A DNA stretch of 63,687 bases, filler included, from Rhabdomonas costata (taxonomy: Eukaryota): assembly GCA_019059605.1 (NCBI GenBank). It is 51 parts of 51 records of this genome, joined end to end, with 100 filler letters (N's around TTAATTAATTAA, not from the genome) between each part and the next. Parts side by side here need not be neighbours in the genome. Positions count along the whole stretch, not along the records: positions 52,532 to 53,682 come from JAHMHO010026137.1; positions 53,783 to 54,933 come from JAHMHO010026138.1; positions 55,034 to 56,184 come from JAHMHO010026139.1; positions 56,285 to 57,434 come from JAHMHO010026140.1; positions 57,535 to 58,685 come from JAHMHO010026141.1; positions 58,786 to 59,938 come from JAHMHO010026142.1; positions 60,039 to 61,188 come from JAHMHO010026143.1; positions 61,289 to 62,438 come from JAHMHO010026144.1; 43 more parts are not named here. One strand, written 5' to 3'. A model generated the notes under the pieces. That model saw only the letters and a program-made list of their open reading frames with translations. It was not told the origin of the DNA and did not search any database. Shown piece after piece: positions 52,986 to 63,687 of the stretch. The translations under genes were made by a program, and so were the position numbers. Position 1 is the first letter of the stretch; each line of letters begins with the position of its first letter.

Positions 52986-53682
52986 TTGTTTCCACAAACC
53001 TTTCCCGTCTACTTGAGCTCCTATCTCTTTATATCTCGAGTGCGCTTTATCTCATCTCATCTCTGCTTGTTGGCTGATTTCCTTTCTCCTCTGCCTTTCG
53101 CTTGCCGTGCCTTTATGCTTTTCTTGTTATATCCCACTTTCCTTCAAAATTATTTCCCTCACTTTCTCGCTCGTGGTATTGCAACACCCTCTCTTTCCCC
53201 TAGGTTTTATGCCGGGCCTGGTTTCATATACTCGGGTTTTGCTTTTTCCCGACTTGTCTCGGTCAGCTGTTCTTGCGCTTGCTCTGGCTTCTTCCTAAAT
53301 ATTCTTCCAATTCACCTGCTACCATGTCTCTTCCGTTGCTTTATCCAAATGCCCCGCTTCTTCATTAATTCTTGCGCTTTTCTGCCGTCCAAAATCCCCA
53401 AAAGAATTTATCTACGCTCTTGCCGTAACAACTTTCTACTCACCCCACAACTAAAGCGCTTACCTTCCAATCCGGAGCTCGCCAATCATTGCGCTCAAAT
53501 TTCATATATCAACCGTACCTTCCTTACGTCGAAAAGTACTTCGAAAATTCAGACGACTACCAACGCCTTTGGTAACTTGACACTACCGGCTTGTTTTAAA
53601 ATTTGCAACCGCAATAGACCAAAACTAAGGGAATCTAATTGGAACCCCCATTTTGCTAGATCAAACTCCTATCCCCACAAAA
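52986..53682 (+). mobile_element. Decayed element, possibly DIRS/Ngaro RNase H end plus YR N-terminal region
   Basis: Second diverged copy at ~18960-19090; ISSHLCLLADFLS resembles HIxxxxNxLADxLSR; a shifted frame gives AWFHILGFCFFP...LLWL. Confidence 0.35.
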
Positions 53683-54139
53683 NNNNNNNNNNNNNNNNNN
53701 NNNNNNNNNNNNNNNNNNNNNNNNNNTTAATTAATTAANNNNNNNNNNNNNNNNNNNNNNNNNNNNNNNNNNNNNNNNNNNNCCTTTGTGGGCACCATCA
53801 ACTGAGCTCTGAAAGACACTGCAATACGCAATCGAAGCTCACCCGCTTTGGACGAATGTCATTGCCAGTCAATAAACTACCCAGATTCGGTGAGCTTCGA
53901 TTGCGTATTGCAGTGTCTTTCAGAGCTCAGTTGATGGTGCCCACTTCATTGCGCAGCAATCGTACTTCAATTTCAATCGGGGTTTTTAAGTCGACGGGTT
54001 CGAAGCCCGAGGCCTGAGGCCCAGGCTCCCAAGTGCTTGAAAAGGCCGTATTCTATTCCCGTAGTCGCCGTGAGCAGTCGTCGCCGTGAACAGTGGTGCA
54101 CTATAGGGCAGAGCCATAGCAATTGGAAGTCAAGTAACG

Positions 54140-54658
54140 TCACATCGAACGCATCCAACCATTTTGGGCGGGCGCTGCCCCACCCATCTGGGCGGTAGGA
54201 TGTCCCATGTTTCTTCTGCTTGGCAGGGAAAGCACAGCGCCCGGCGTCGCGTGGGACCGCGATCCTCCCCGGCCCGAGGCACGCCGCTGGTAGGGATTGA
54301 CTCGGGGTGGGGGGCGGTGGGACTCCCCCGGTACGGGAGCCGGGCAGCAGTACTCTTCTGGGACAGAGCACTCTTCCATGGGTTCCGACGACTCTTCGGG
54401 TGGGGGCTGCAGCTGAACGGCTTGTTGCACCCCCAAAAGAGCCTCGCCGTCGGGTAGGGCCATGCCCTCGAATGCCCGGGTGGCCGCCGCGGCGTGGGCG
54501 GGGCTGACAAACCTCACCAGGCCCACCCCCAAGCCCAGGTGGCCCGACCAGATCGACGACGCCAGGGTGGGGCCAAACGGGCGCACCAGGGCGTCCAGGT
54601 TGGCCTTGGTGTAGTGCCGAGGGAGGTTGAGGATGAAGATCAGCGCGGGATCCGCCAT
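54140..54658 (-). CDS. RRM-domain RNA-binding protein (3' end uncertain)
   Basis: RNP2-like IFILNLP, 'PFG', RNP1-like GVGLVRF, AAAATRAFEG helix. Confidence 0.75.
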   Translation of the reverse strand: MADPALIFILNLPRHYTKANLDALVRPFGPTLASSIWSGHLGLGVGLVRFVSPAHAAAATRAFEGMALPDGEALLGVQQAVQLQPPPEESSEPMEECSVPEEYCCPAPVPGESHRPPPRVNPYQRRASGRGGSRSHATPGAVLSLPSRRNMGHPTAQMGGAAPAQNGWMRSM

Positions 54659-55177
54659 TTTCGCCTCAGTGCTGATGGGTCGCTCAACGGAAGCAAAATA
54701 TGAGCAGTTCGGGGCAATATGTGTGCACGAAGAAACACGGGGGCAAAGGTGGCGGAAAACCCGGAGAAGAACAAGCTAAACCAAAAAAGATGGCGCAACG
54801 CGTCCTGTAATCTCTTTTTTCGCATCGTCGGACCACACAAGCTCCATCGCCGGAAACGGAATCGGGTGCATCGGCGCCTGGATGGAGCCTCAATCGCTTT
54901 CTCCGTGCGTAACAACAACACCATCGGCCGCTGNNNNNNNNNNNNNNNNNNNNNNNNNNNNNNNNNNNNNNNNNNNNTTAATTAATTAANNNNNNNNNNN
55001 NNNNNNNNNNNNNNNNNNNNNNNNNNNNNNNNNGGTGTTTGTTTGTCGCTCTGCATGCAGATAGTATGTGTTTGCCTTTGAGTACAGTTCTGGGCAATCT
55101 GGGGGACCTTGCGGCTGTAGTGCGTGGCGTCACAACTTCGCATTGTGAGTAAGTGAGGTGTGGTGTGGGTGGCGCAG

Positions 55178-55911
55178 GCGGGCTGGCGGCCTTCCACACC
55201 CCCTACCGCCTGAAGCACCTCCCCACGGGGGCCTACCTCGCTGTGGAGAGGGACGCCACGGACATCCTGTGGTTCCTGCTCTCGCCGGACCCCGAGCAGG
55301 TGCGGCAAAGCCTCCTCACTCCTGCTTTCGAATAACAGCATGTCAGCAGAGAACTGACATTCAATCCAAAGCGTGGGGGATGCGGATGTGTGTGTGTGTG
55401 TGTGGTATGCTGAAGAGACCGAAGGGTGGAAACACCGCAGCCAGCCCGTCGCGTTATTGACGTAGTTTTTGGTAGATAAGCGCACCCTCCCCTTTTTCTG
55501 CGCAGGCATGAGGTTGGTGTTCCAGATCTGCATCAGATCTGGCACGTCACCGCCCGCGTGAAATCCGTGCCGGAACGAACGCACGCGGCGCTCGCAGCTT
55601 TTAACGTGCCTCGGGTTTTCTGACGCACAAACGCATTGCTTATGATGTTAGACCCCAGTTTTATGTGTTTGTGTGCATGCGTGCATTTCTTGAGCACAGC
55701 GTACCGTGCTGCCATTTCTCTTATTCGGTCGAGTTGCTTTCCTCAGCCTTTGTGTGTTTGTGTGTCTATGCAGCCCGCTACGGTGTTTGTGCTGCACCCG
55801 TTGGACCTGGAGGCGCCTCCTGGGACCGTGCCAGAGCCCCCGCTGCTGGCACGGATCCAGCACCGTGCCACGGGGCTGTTCCTACACATCGCAGCGGACG
55901 AAGACTGCAGG
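55178..55911 (+). CDS. MIR-domain exons of an IP3/ryanodine receptor-like channel (55178-55299, 55774-55911)
   Basis: YRLKHLPTGAYLAV and RIQHRATGLFLH MIR motifs; phase-0 GT-AG intron. Confidence 0.72.
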
Positions 55912-56367
55912 GTTTGCCTCAACCTGTGCTGCTCCTTCTCTCCCCTCCTTCTGCGGACCAGTGTTCGTCGGAAGGAGCAGAATTTTCACCCGACGTCTCA
56001 AAGGATTGGGACCAATCTTCAGTGGTGGAGAGAAAACACGGTGACGATTGCTCCTCCTATATAAAGTCGTACAGACTCGTGGCATGACAAACGGCGCACG
56101 AATCAGACTGAATTGGACTCCTTTTCACACCCTTCAGCTCTTACCGCACCCCACATACCGTACACGCACAAGCCGCTGCCTATTNNNNNNNNNNNNNNNN
56201 NNNNNNNNNNNNNNNNNNNNNNNNNNNNTTAATTAATTAANNNNNNNNNNNNNNNNNNNNNNNNNNNNNNNNNNNNNNNNNNNNGGGGTTTGGGGACGCT
56301 CTAGTTTGCTTGTATGTTGAGCCTACCTGAATTCTCCCTTACCTTCTCCCATTTCTAAAAACAGCAC

Positions 56368-57245
56368 CCGCAGCTGCTTCTTGCGCTTCTCGCACCATTC
56401 CGTGTATGCCGCCTTGCGCTCGCCCACAGTCTTCAGCGCCTTGTACCTGTTTTTAGAAATGGGAGAAGGTAAGGGAGAATTCAGGTAGGCTCAACATACA
56501 AGCAAACTAGAGCGTCCCCAAACGGCGAAAGTGAAGCAGAGCCACCAAGAGTTATAGACTCCGATGCCTCGCAGGATGGAAACGTTCTCGAACAAGCCCC
56601 AAATCATGCGAATACAGGTGGGCATCCGGAAACATTCTGTAGCGGGCGAATGAAGACCTGCACAGCAATCGGCAGTTTAATGCTCAATCGGCTTAATTCC
56701 GAAACGTTGGCAGAACCAGGTCGGGGCGGGGTAACCGAAGCTGTCAAAAAGTTGCGAAAGCAATAAAAACGATGCTCTTTCTCCAAACCTCTCATCGTTG
56801 ATGATTTGTTTCATCGCCTCCTCCCACTTCAACTCGGGGTCCAGCTTCTGTAAAAAAAAAAACAGCCATCATAGAAACACCCAAAAGCATCATTATTGCA
56901 TTGATCCTCATTGAAGAATGGCGTGGTGGTTTTGGGCCACTTCGCCATTACTGTGCGAGCCTAAGGCCGTTCTGACATACATCTGTAATATCTGGTCACC
57001 TCCCGTGATTGTGATTGACTCTGCAACTGCTGCTCCACGATATGGCAATGGCAGGGACAGGCACACAGCGGAAGAGAAAGGAAAGGAAAGGGAGGGTAGT
57101 GGGTGAGGGAGTGAGAGAACACGGGCCTTGACATCCAGGAGGTCCTTGAAGGCTGCAAAGCGCTCCTTCTTCGAGTTGTAGATCACCAGAGACTGCTGCG
57201 CGTTGGTAGTCTTCGCCGCAGGCAGCTCCACGATCTCCGTCGGGC
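56368..57245 (-). CDS. PRP40: PRP40-like U1 snRNP protein, first FF domain (exons 57245-57127, 56847-56789, 56446-~56368)
   Basis: YNSKKERFAAFKDLLDVK|KLDPELKWEEAMKQIINDER|YKALKTVGERKAAY matches Prp40 FF1. Confidence 0.85.
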
Positions 57246-57914
57246 CTGCACCACAGATCAGTGAGAAAAGAAATCCCTCAACCGTATTTTGAATGCTTCG
57301 CGGTCGTTGTGTTATTGTTCACAATGATAATAATAAAAGCTTGGTGCCACTGCACTCCAAGTTCACAGCTGTGAACTTGGAGTGCAGTGGCACCAAGCTT
57401 TTATTATTATCATTGTGAACAATAACACACCAACNNNNNNNNNNNNNNNNNNNNNNNNNNNNNNNNNNNNNNNNNNNNTTAATTAATTAANNNNNNNNNN
57501 NNNNNNNNNNNNNNNNNNNNNNNNNNNNNNNNNNTTGTTGGATGTGTTTGGGGTGGTGGGTCCTACCCAATATGCGGGTGGTGCTCCAGTCCAGCGGGCA
57601 GAGCTGTGAGGCAGCCGTGAAGAGGCGGCGCACTGAAGAGCTGCCGCTTTAATGCCTTCAGGCCGTGGACTTGAGCACCATTAGGTGACGAGGCGGGTGG
57701 GGAACGGGGTGACCTTATTTTGTATATTTCTGGTGTGTGGACCCGGACAGAAACCGACTGCGCCTGTTGCTGTTAAGTGCACGTTTTGTTTCGCTGAAGA
57801 AGTCCCCCTTTGCTTTCTTTACTTAGGAAAGCAATCGCACCCTTCAGAAAGCACAGAGAAGGGTATGAGAGTAGAGTGTAAAAGTGAAAAGAAAAGAAAA
57901 GAAAAAGCAAGTAC

Positions 57915-58127
57915 CTTAACAAACCGCATCTTCAAAATCATGAGGGCCTCCCTGTAAGTCAGGGCGTACTTCAGCCGGTTGCGAATGATGAGAATGAGAG
58001 GGAGAGACTCTCGAAGCTTGTGGGGCCCGGCACGGGGGCGGGGAGCGAAGATCCCCCCCAGCTTACCGAGCATCCAGTGGTGCGGGGCATTCAGCCGTTT
58101 AAGGTGCAACTTGGGGCCACGCCCCAT
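57915..58127 (-). CDS. RPS4: 40S ribosomal protein S4e, first exon
   Basis: [20 protein letters not shown]...[11 protein letters not shown]...[11 protein letters not shown]|gtactt donor. Confidence 0.97.
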
Positions 58128-58438
58128 TGTGGTTCACAGATGTGAAAAACAAGTGAGCTGTTGCACCAGAGACTTCACAAGAGCACACCAACACCAGGAG
58201 AAAACGTGGAATGCAACTGAAGGGTTCTGTTCCACCACAAGTTCTACAGGGCAGCCAAGAGGTTGATTAAATTGGCTGGGAGCACCACCATCCCCTCTGG
58301 CTCAACCCGTACAAGGTTCAAAACAGCGCAAACGACTATGTTTGCCCCCCGGGACCGTCACGGCGAGACGTCAAGACTGCCCTGTACGCAAGCTCTTGTG
58401 CAGCAGTGAAGCATTTTTCAGCCCTCCTCGTATGCGGA

Positions 58439-58512
58439 TGTAGGTATTAGGTATTAGGTATTACTAACCCTGCCCAGAACATACGTATTAGGTATTATTA
58501 ACACTGCCCAGT
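58439..58512 (+). repeat. Short (TAGGTAT)n repeat within a ~38-nt duplicated unit upstream of RPS4
   Basis: taggtat x3, then gtattaggtatta..aac.ctgcccag twice. Confidence 0.7.
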
Positions 58513-59763
58513 ACAAATATTCCCATGCTTGCACCAAGTGAACCCCCAAGAGCACTCAGCCAACCGGCTCAAAAGTGGTGGTGGTGACACCTGTCAACTT
58601 TTGTCCAGAGAAAAACCCTTGCAAACGAAGAAGAAAACCAACTCTTCCAGGGCGCTTTCAGCACGGTGCCGTATTCATTGACGTCNNNNNNNNNNNNNNN
58701 NNNNNNNNNNNNNNNNNNNNNNNNNNNNNTTAATTAATTAANNNNNNNNNNNNNNNNNNNNNNNNNNNNNNNNNNNNNNNNNNNNGTTGGGTGGGAAAAC
58801 GAACGCAAAGGCGATGGTCTGGAAAATTCTAAGAGAAGAATCAGATCAGCTCTTGTAGCGGTGTGGGAAATGATGTCATAGGGATTACAGGGGAAAACGT
58901 TGCACAAAGTCGAATCCCCTACTCGCCATTTTAGTGGTTGTCAACAGGGCTAACCGCTTTCATGCCCCCCCCCCCTTCTTTACGCCATGCCGGACGACCA
59001 CACGAACCCGTGCGACAAGTGATTGAAGAATTGCCTATTTCCGCGTCCTGAGGGTACATCTCGAGTGTGGGAACCAAAGAACCAAACGAATCATTAAAAA
59101 CCCAGCGACCTCACCGCATTAACTCGCATAACACCAAAATCGAAATGTTTCGAAAAATTCAAATCTTCCGCGAATCGGTGGAAAAGTCTGCTATTGTCTG
59201 TTTTCCTGAATGGCGGAACCCCAACCTCCCCACGCAGACCCTGTCAGAAGACGTGCTCGCCCTCTCCCTATAATTTTGAATGAGTGAATCCTAAATCTAG
59301 AATTGAAGGATTCTTTGTGAAGCGACCTTGTGCACCCACGCAGAAACTCCACATCTGGACATCTGGGCGAGCGCACTCATGTGAGAGGGCGTGAGGATTT
59401 GGTTGTGTAAAGTGTGTATGTGTGTGTGTGTGGGGGTCGTGCCTTGAGGGTACTGTTGATGTTGAAGGGGAGCAGCGGGTCCACCTTGTGGGTGCGGAAA
59501 AGTCCGAGAATGCCTCCCCTCAGCGCTGCAAAGAGGAACGCTACCAAGAGGACCAAACCACTTTGTGCACTTAGCAAGTGTGAAACTCCTTTGAGAAATG
59601 TTGGAGCTGCCACCCACTCCGGAATGGGCCGATCTGTGCCTCGCCTTGTTGCCGACTCGACCCCTTGTTGTGCTGAGCTGAGCTGTGCCGTTTTATCTAT
59701 CACCACGCAATGGAATAACCGCACCCTCGCGGTATAAACGCGGGACCTTGGGAGACCATACTT

Positions 59764-59765
<2 letters not shown>

Positions 59766-59801
<36 letters not shown>
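59766..59801 (+). repeat. (CA)n microsatellite (others: CA ~13562, GCAGT ~20932, GAAA ~26360, CT ~31435)
   Basis: Directly visible. Confidence 0.95.
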
Positions 59802-59802
<1 letters not shown>

Positions 59803-60442
59803 AGTTTGCATTCCCAATACAAAACGCGAACTCAGGGTGTCTGAGGCCCACATAGACAACCACTCGATGGGAGCACAAGCCCCCCCCCGACTCCCTCACC
59901 CACCCCATGTCCATGTAAATTCTTAGAATTCACAACAANNNNNNNNNNNNNNNNNNNNNNNNNNNNNNNNNNNNNNNNNNNNTTAATTAATTAANNNNNN
60001 NNNNNNNNNNNNNNNNNNNNNNNNNNNNNNNNNNNNNNGAGAAGGGCTCCGGAGGGGGAGAAGGGAGAGGGGAAGAAGGACCTCGAACGGTGAGAGAAGT
60101 GGCGCTCACAGAAAGGTGGATGAGGTGTGGATTACAAGTGGAGACAGGGGCGGCGGGGTTGCGGGCAACGTTGAGAGGAAAGGGGAGGCTGAAGAGGTGT
60201 ACGTGTGTGCATGTGTACGGACAATACTTGTACGGATTAGGCTGCTGAGTGATTGCAAGAAAATGAACAAAAGCAAAGGCCTCCCACCAAATAACGCAGA
60301 ATTGGAGGGAGTGACGCACAGCAGAAAGGGAAAACAGAAGCATCAGCAAGAATCACCAACGCGCAATCGGTTATCTGTTTTTGTTTTTGAGAGGGACCGG
60401 GTTGCCCTGTGTACATTCTAAAGAGGAGCGAGAGCACAACAC

Positions 60443-60694
60443 CTCCAAGTCGAGCTGCACCTTTACCTCCTCAAACCACGCCGCAACGGGGCTCATCCCG
60501 ACCCGGACCCGCCTTCGGTTGAACGCCGCCATGGTGGGCGAGCACACGTTGCCCGTGGGCAGGCGGGTCGGGGACAACCTGGAGATGACCACGGGCAGAC
60601 CCTGCGTGGCAGCCAGGCACTGCGCGCAGTGCAGCAGGGCGCTGTCCTGGTGAGCCTCCGCGAGCTCTGCAAGGGCGTCGTCGAAGGACTCTCC
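60443..60694 (-). CDS. Internal exon, unknown protein
   Basis: ccag|GESFDDALAELAEAH...QLDLE|gtgttg, high GC3. Confidence 0.6.
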
Positions 60695-63140
60695 CTGGAA
60701 AATTATGGCCACGCCAGGGAGACAACAACAAAACCAGCAAAAAGAAACTTTGGCAAACCGGACACCGGGATATTTTCGACTTGCAGCAAACACAATGCAC
60801 ATTGCACCGCGTAACACCATACCTATCAAAGGTGACCAATATAAATTAAACCAACCCTGAGAATGAATGCCGAGCGCGACCAGGTTATTCAGTACATCCT
60901 AACCATCACTAAGATGCGGAAGATCCCTAGTGCCACGTCTCAGATCCCAAGGCAAGGCAAATAGGCTGCCAGACGCGTCCAGGATGGTATGTGCAAGCGC
61001 CAGCACCTACTCCTCAAGTGCATGTGAGTCTGGCCTCACTCGTCATGTGCGGCAGGCCTCACTGACATACCGCCAAAATCCGCTCATTCATCTTCGGCAG
61101 CAGGACTGTGTTCGTACGTGTGTGTGGTTGTGTTGACCATTCTGAGGACTTGCATACCGCCTTAGAGGGGTGGTCCCCACCCCGACAANNNNNNNNNNNN
61201 NNNNNNNNNNNNNNNNNNNNNNNNNNNNNNNNTTAATTAATTAANNNNNNNNNNNNNNNNNNNNNNNNNNNNNNNNNNNNNNNNNNNNACCCCGATCAGA
61301 TGAACCATTCCTTCACTCATCAGGGTTCATCTTCAGGGCAGTCGCACCTCTCCTGCAGGGACGGCCTCACCGTAGGCCAGGATGACCAGCGCGCGGTACA
61401 GCTTCCGTACCTGAAGGAGGCTCATGGCAAGCATGTCGTCCAGAAGAACTGCCCAAAAGTGACACGAAGCGAAACCGGCAGCTGCAATAAAAGTAATTTC
61501 TCTTGCCGAACTGGGGTTTTTTCCGCAGCAGTTGTTTCGCTCATCGGCAGCCCACCCAGCGCCAACAGTGATTTGTTTGTTTGTTCGTGCGCACGTGCGC
61601 CCGCGGGGCGGGACTAGTACAATAGCTGTCACAGTAAACAGTAAACAGTAAATGGTTTGATTCCACATGGAGCTTTTGTAGAAATTGTTCAAATGGTGCC
61701 TCCAAAGGATAACACAACGGGTTGAGGGTTGAGGGAAAAGCACAGTGCGACGGTGGAAAGCACAGATCGCCCTATAGGTGGGGGACTAGACCGTTTTGGA
61801 TTCTGCAGAAAGAATCATTTTTTCTAACGTGAAAAAAGCTCATACAACAACTCGAGCCACGTAAGCACTTGGGCACACCCAAAAGCCTGACCGAAAATCT
61901 CCTCATTGGGGGGGTGTGGTGCATGCAAAGGTCTAGTAGCACGTCCAGAGCGCCATTCACCACCTGCTGCTGTGCAAGAAGGGGAAGGGGGGGTAACGTT
62001 CTGTGCATTCCAGTTGACACACTTCAGTCCTCCATGAAACCTTTATGACTGCACGCTATATCCATTCTCATGTGGAAAAGCTCGATCGAGACAACGGAAT
62101 GGCCAAAAACCGTTTTTTTCATATTTACCGCCCCATGACCCAATAACGCCGACATACCGTTTCTCCCCCCAATAGACCGGAACGTTTTCCAAAGAAGAAA
62201 ATTGGCGCAAAAAAGCAACAAAAAAGCTAGAAGGTAGCGATACACCACAAATTCAACCAACGAACCTGAAAAGGTGCGATAAACGGGCTAAAAAGGTCAT
62301 TGCGTCCACGCCGTGCCCTCGGAATCCCGGGGAGAAAAGCGACACGCATAAATGTGTTTGGGTTGGTGCATGGCAATACTGCTGTACGCGAAAAGCACCC
62401 CCTTCGCCCCCAAAAAAAACAAACCTCGCCCTCTGAGGNNNNNNNNNNNNNNNNNNNNNNNNNNNNNNNNNNNNNNNNNNNNTTAATTAATTAANNNNNN
62501 NNNNNNNNNNNNNNNNNNNNNNNNNNNNNNNNNNNNNNCGGGCGGGAGGGCAGTGACACGTGTCAACAAAAGAACAGATGCTCGTGGGAAAAAGACATTG
62601 GAAAAACAGAGGGAAAACATCAGTTTTCCCCCTTCACTACCCCCCCCCCGTCGTTCCCATCGAGAAGTGATATTTTCTCTCTCACGAAATTGAAGGCACT
62701 GATACAGCCAGTGCTCAGAGAAATCCCGTTGATTGTCATGTCGAGCGCAGGCGCCAACGTTCGTCTTTGTCTCTTTGACTGCCTTTCTGACCTTACGCGG
62801 CACCGTCCAGGGCAAGGAGACACTTTGAAGTCGGTTGGAGGAACGCCGGGGTGTCGGGCATGGGCTATAAGAGAGGGGAGAAGAAAAGCACTGCGACAGT
62901 TGACACACGCAGTGTTGGCGCAGCTGCAGACCAACTGTGAGGAGGAGGGCTGAAACTTTTTGTCGGTCGGTTGGTTGGGAGGACTGTGTATATGTCCTAT
63001 CTGCGCCTTCTTGGACACAGTCCAGGCAGTGTGTGTGTGGTGGTGGTGGGGATCAATCAAAAGCCTACCTATGCGAACGAGCTTTTGCCTTGTGCAAACT
63101 GTGTGGGGGGGGGGGTCTTACGTAGAACAAGGCCCTGCAG

Positions 63141-63511
63141 GTTGTGGAACTGGAGCTGCAAGTAAACTGGCGCGATGAAAAGCTCACCCAAGTCCGGGAC
63201 AGGCTGACCCAGGTGCAAACCCAGCTGGACGCCGCGGAGGCGGAGAAGACACAACAGGTGCAAACAACGCTCCTCTTGTTGATGCTGGTGGTGGCAGCTG
63301 GGTTCCCATTTGGATAGGCAAGGAAAGCTATGGGCACCCGGATGGCGCCGGGTGCCCATAGCGTGGGAAGTGGAGGTTTTGGATGTTTGCATTTTTTCGG
63401 GTGTTTTCGGGGGAAACTCAGTCGAGCTACTTGGCGCTGGAGCGTAAGCTTCAGCGGGTGCAGCTCGAGCTGGAGACCAGCAAGGCGTCGGGCGCACAGC
63501 AGAGTGCCGAG
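63141..63511 (+). CDS. Coiled-coil protein, two exons (63141-63257, 63422-63511)
   Basis: Heptad-rich frames joined by a phase-0 GT-AG intron. Confidence 0.65.
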
Positions 63512-63687
63512 GTGTCGCAGCGGTTCCCTCCCTCGTCTTCCTTTGGCAACCTTTGGCAACGGTGAACACAGCGGTTTTCCCCCCTTTTTTTTTTACCTAT
63601 CTTGTTGTTCTGTTTTGGGGCTTTTACGCTGAACAAGCCCCCCCCCATTACATCCATCTGGGAGTGAGCACTGATGCCCCAAAAACC

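Noticed and set aside
56287-56524. Exon enclosed by intronic inverted repeats, suggesting circRNA or exon skipping (also 23771-23931)
   Set aside because: One arm is at the contig end like the other fold-backs; in U2SURP the arm replaces the exon start and acceptor
23817-57245. Apparent cluster of spliceosomal genes (U2SURP, BRR2, PRP40, RRM)
   Set aside because: They lie on separate size-sorted contigs, so adjacency carries no information
61335-61972. Possible non-canonical TG-AG or GT-CA intron joining GALD to VLLDDML
   Set aside because: Reading the upstream exon in another frame (GGEWRSG) gives a normal phase-1 GT-AG junction
1196-62494. Regularly spaced TTAATTAATTAA as a CRISPR-like or biological repeat
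   Set aside because: Always embedded in N-runs; it is an assembly linker with six-frame stops
1-63687. Classic euglenid non-conventional (non-GT/GC-AG) introns and spliced-leader RNA genes
   Set aside because: Every junction I could anchor by homology fits GT-AG or GC-AG and I saw no SL exon; they cannot be excluded without transcripts

Overview
This window is not a contiguous locus. It is 51 unrelated contigs of about 1.15 kb each, joined by 50 artificial spacers (N-run + TTAATTAATTAA six-frame stop linker + N-run), so gene neighbourhood across spacers means nothing. The DNA is intron-rich nuclear DNA of a eukaryote, most consistent with a euglenid (inference from a trypanosomatid-type adenylate cyclase, a nucleus-encoded intron-containing nad7/NDUFS2 and EExxR coiled-coil exons). 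It appears whole-genome amplified: contig ends are G/T-only or C/A-only, and about 13 contigs carry fold-back inverted duplications at one end. Recognisable gene fragments are an ARL8-like GTPase, a gp78/AMFR-like E3 ligase, NDUFS2, an adenylate cyclase, an LRR protein, U2SURP, PP2C, SCO1, a PDR/ABCG transporter, an F-box protein, BRR2, an RRM protein, an IP3R-like MIR-domain protein, PRP40 and RPS4. There is also a tRNA-derived SINE candidate and decayed retroelements. The strongest biological signal is splicing: by my manual count about 5-7 of ~26 homology-anchored donors are AG|GC rather than GT, with almost no +3 to +6 consensus, suggesting an unusually relaxed 5' splice-site recognition system. 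All gene identifications come from motif recognition by eye, not database searches.
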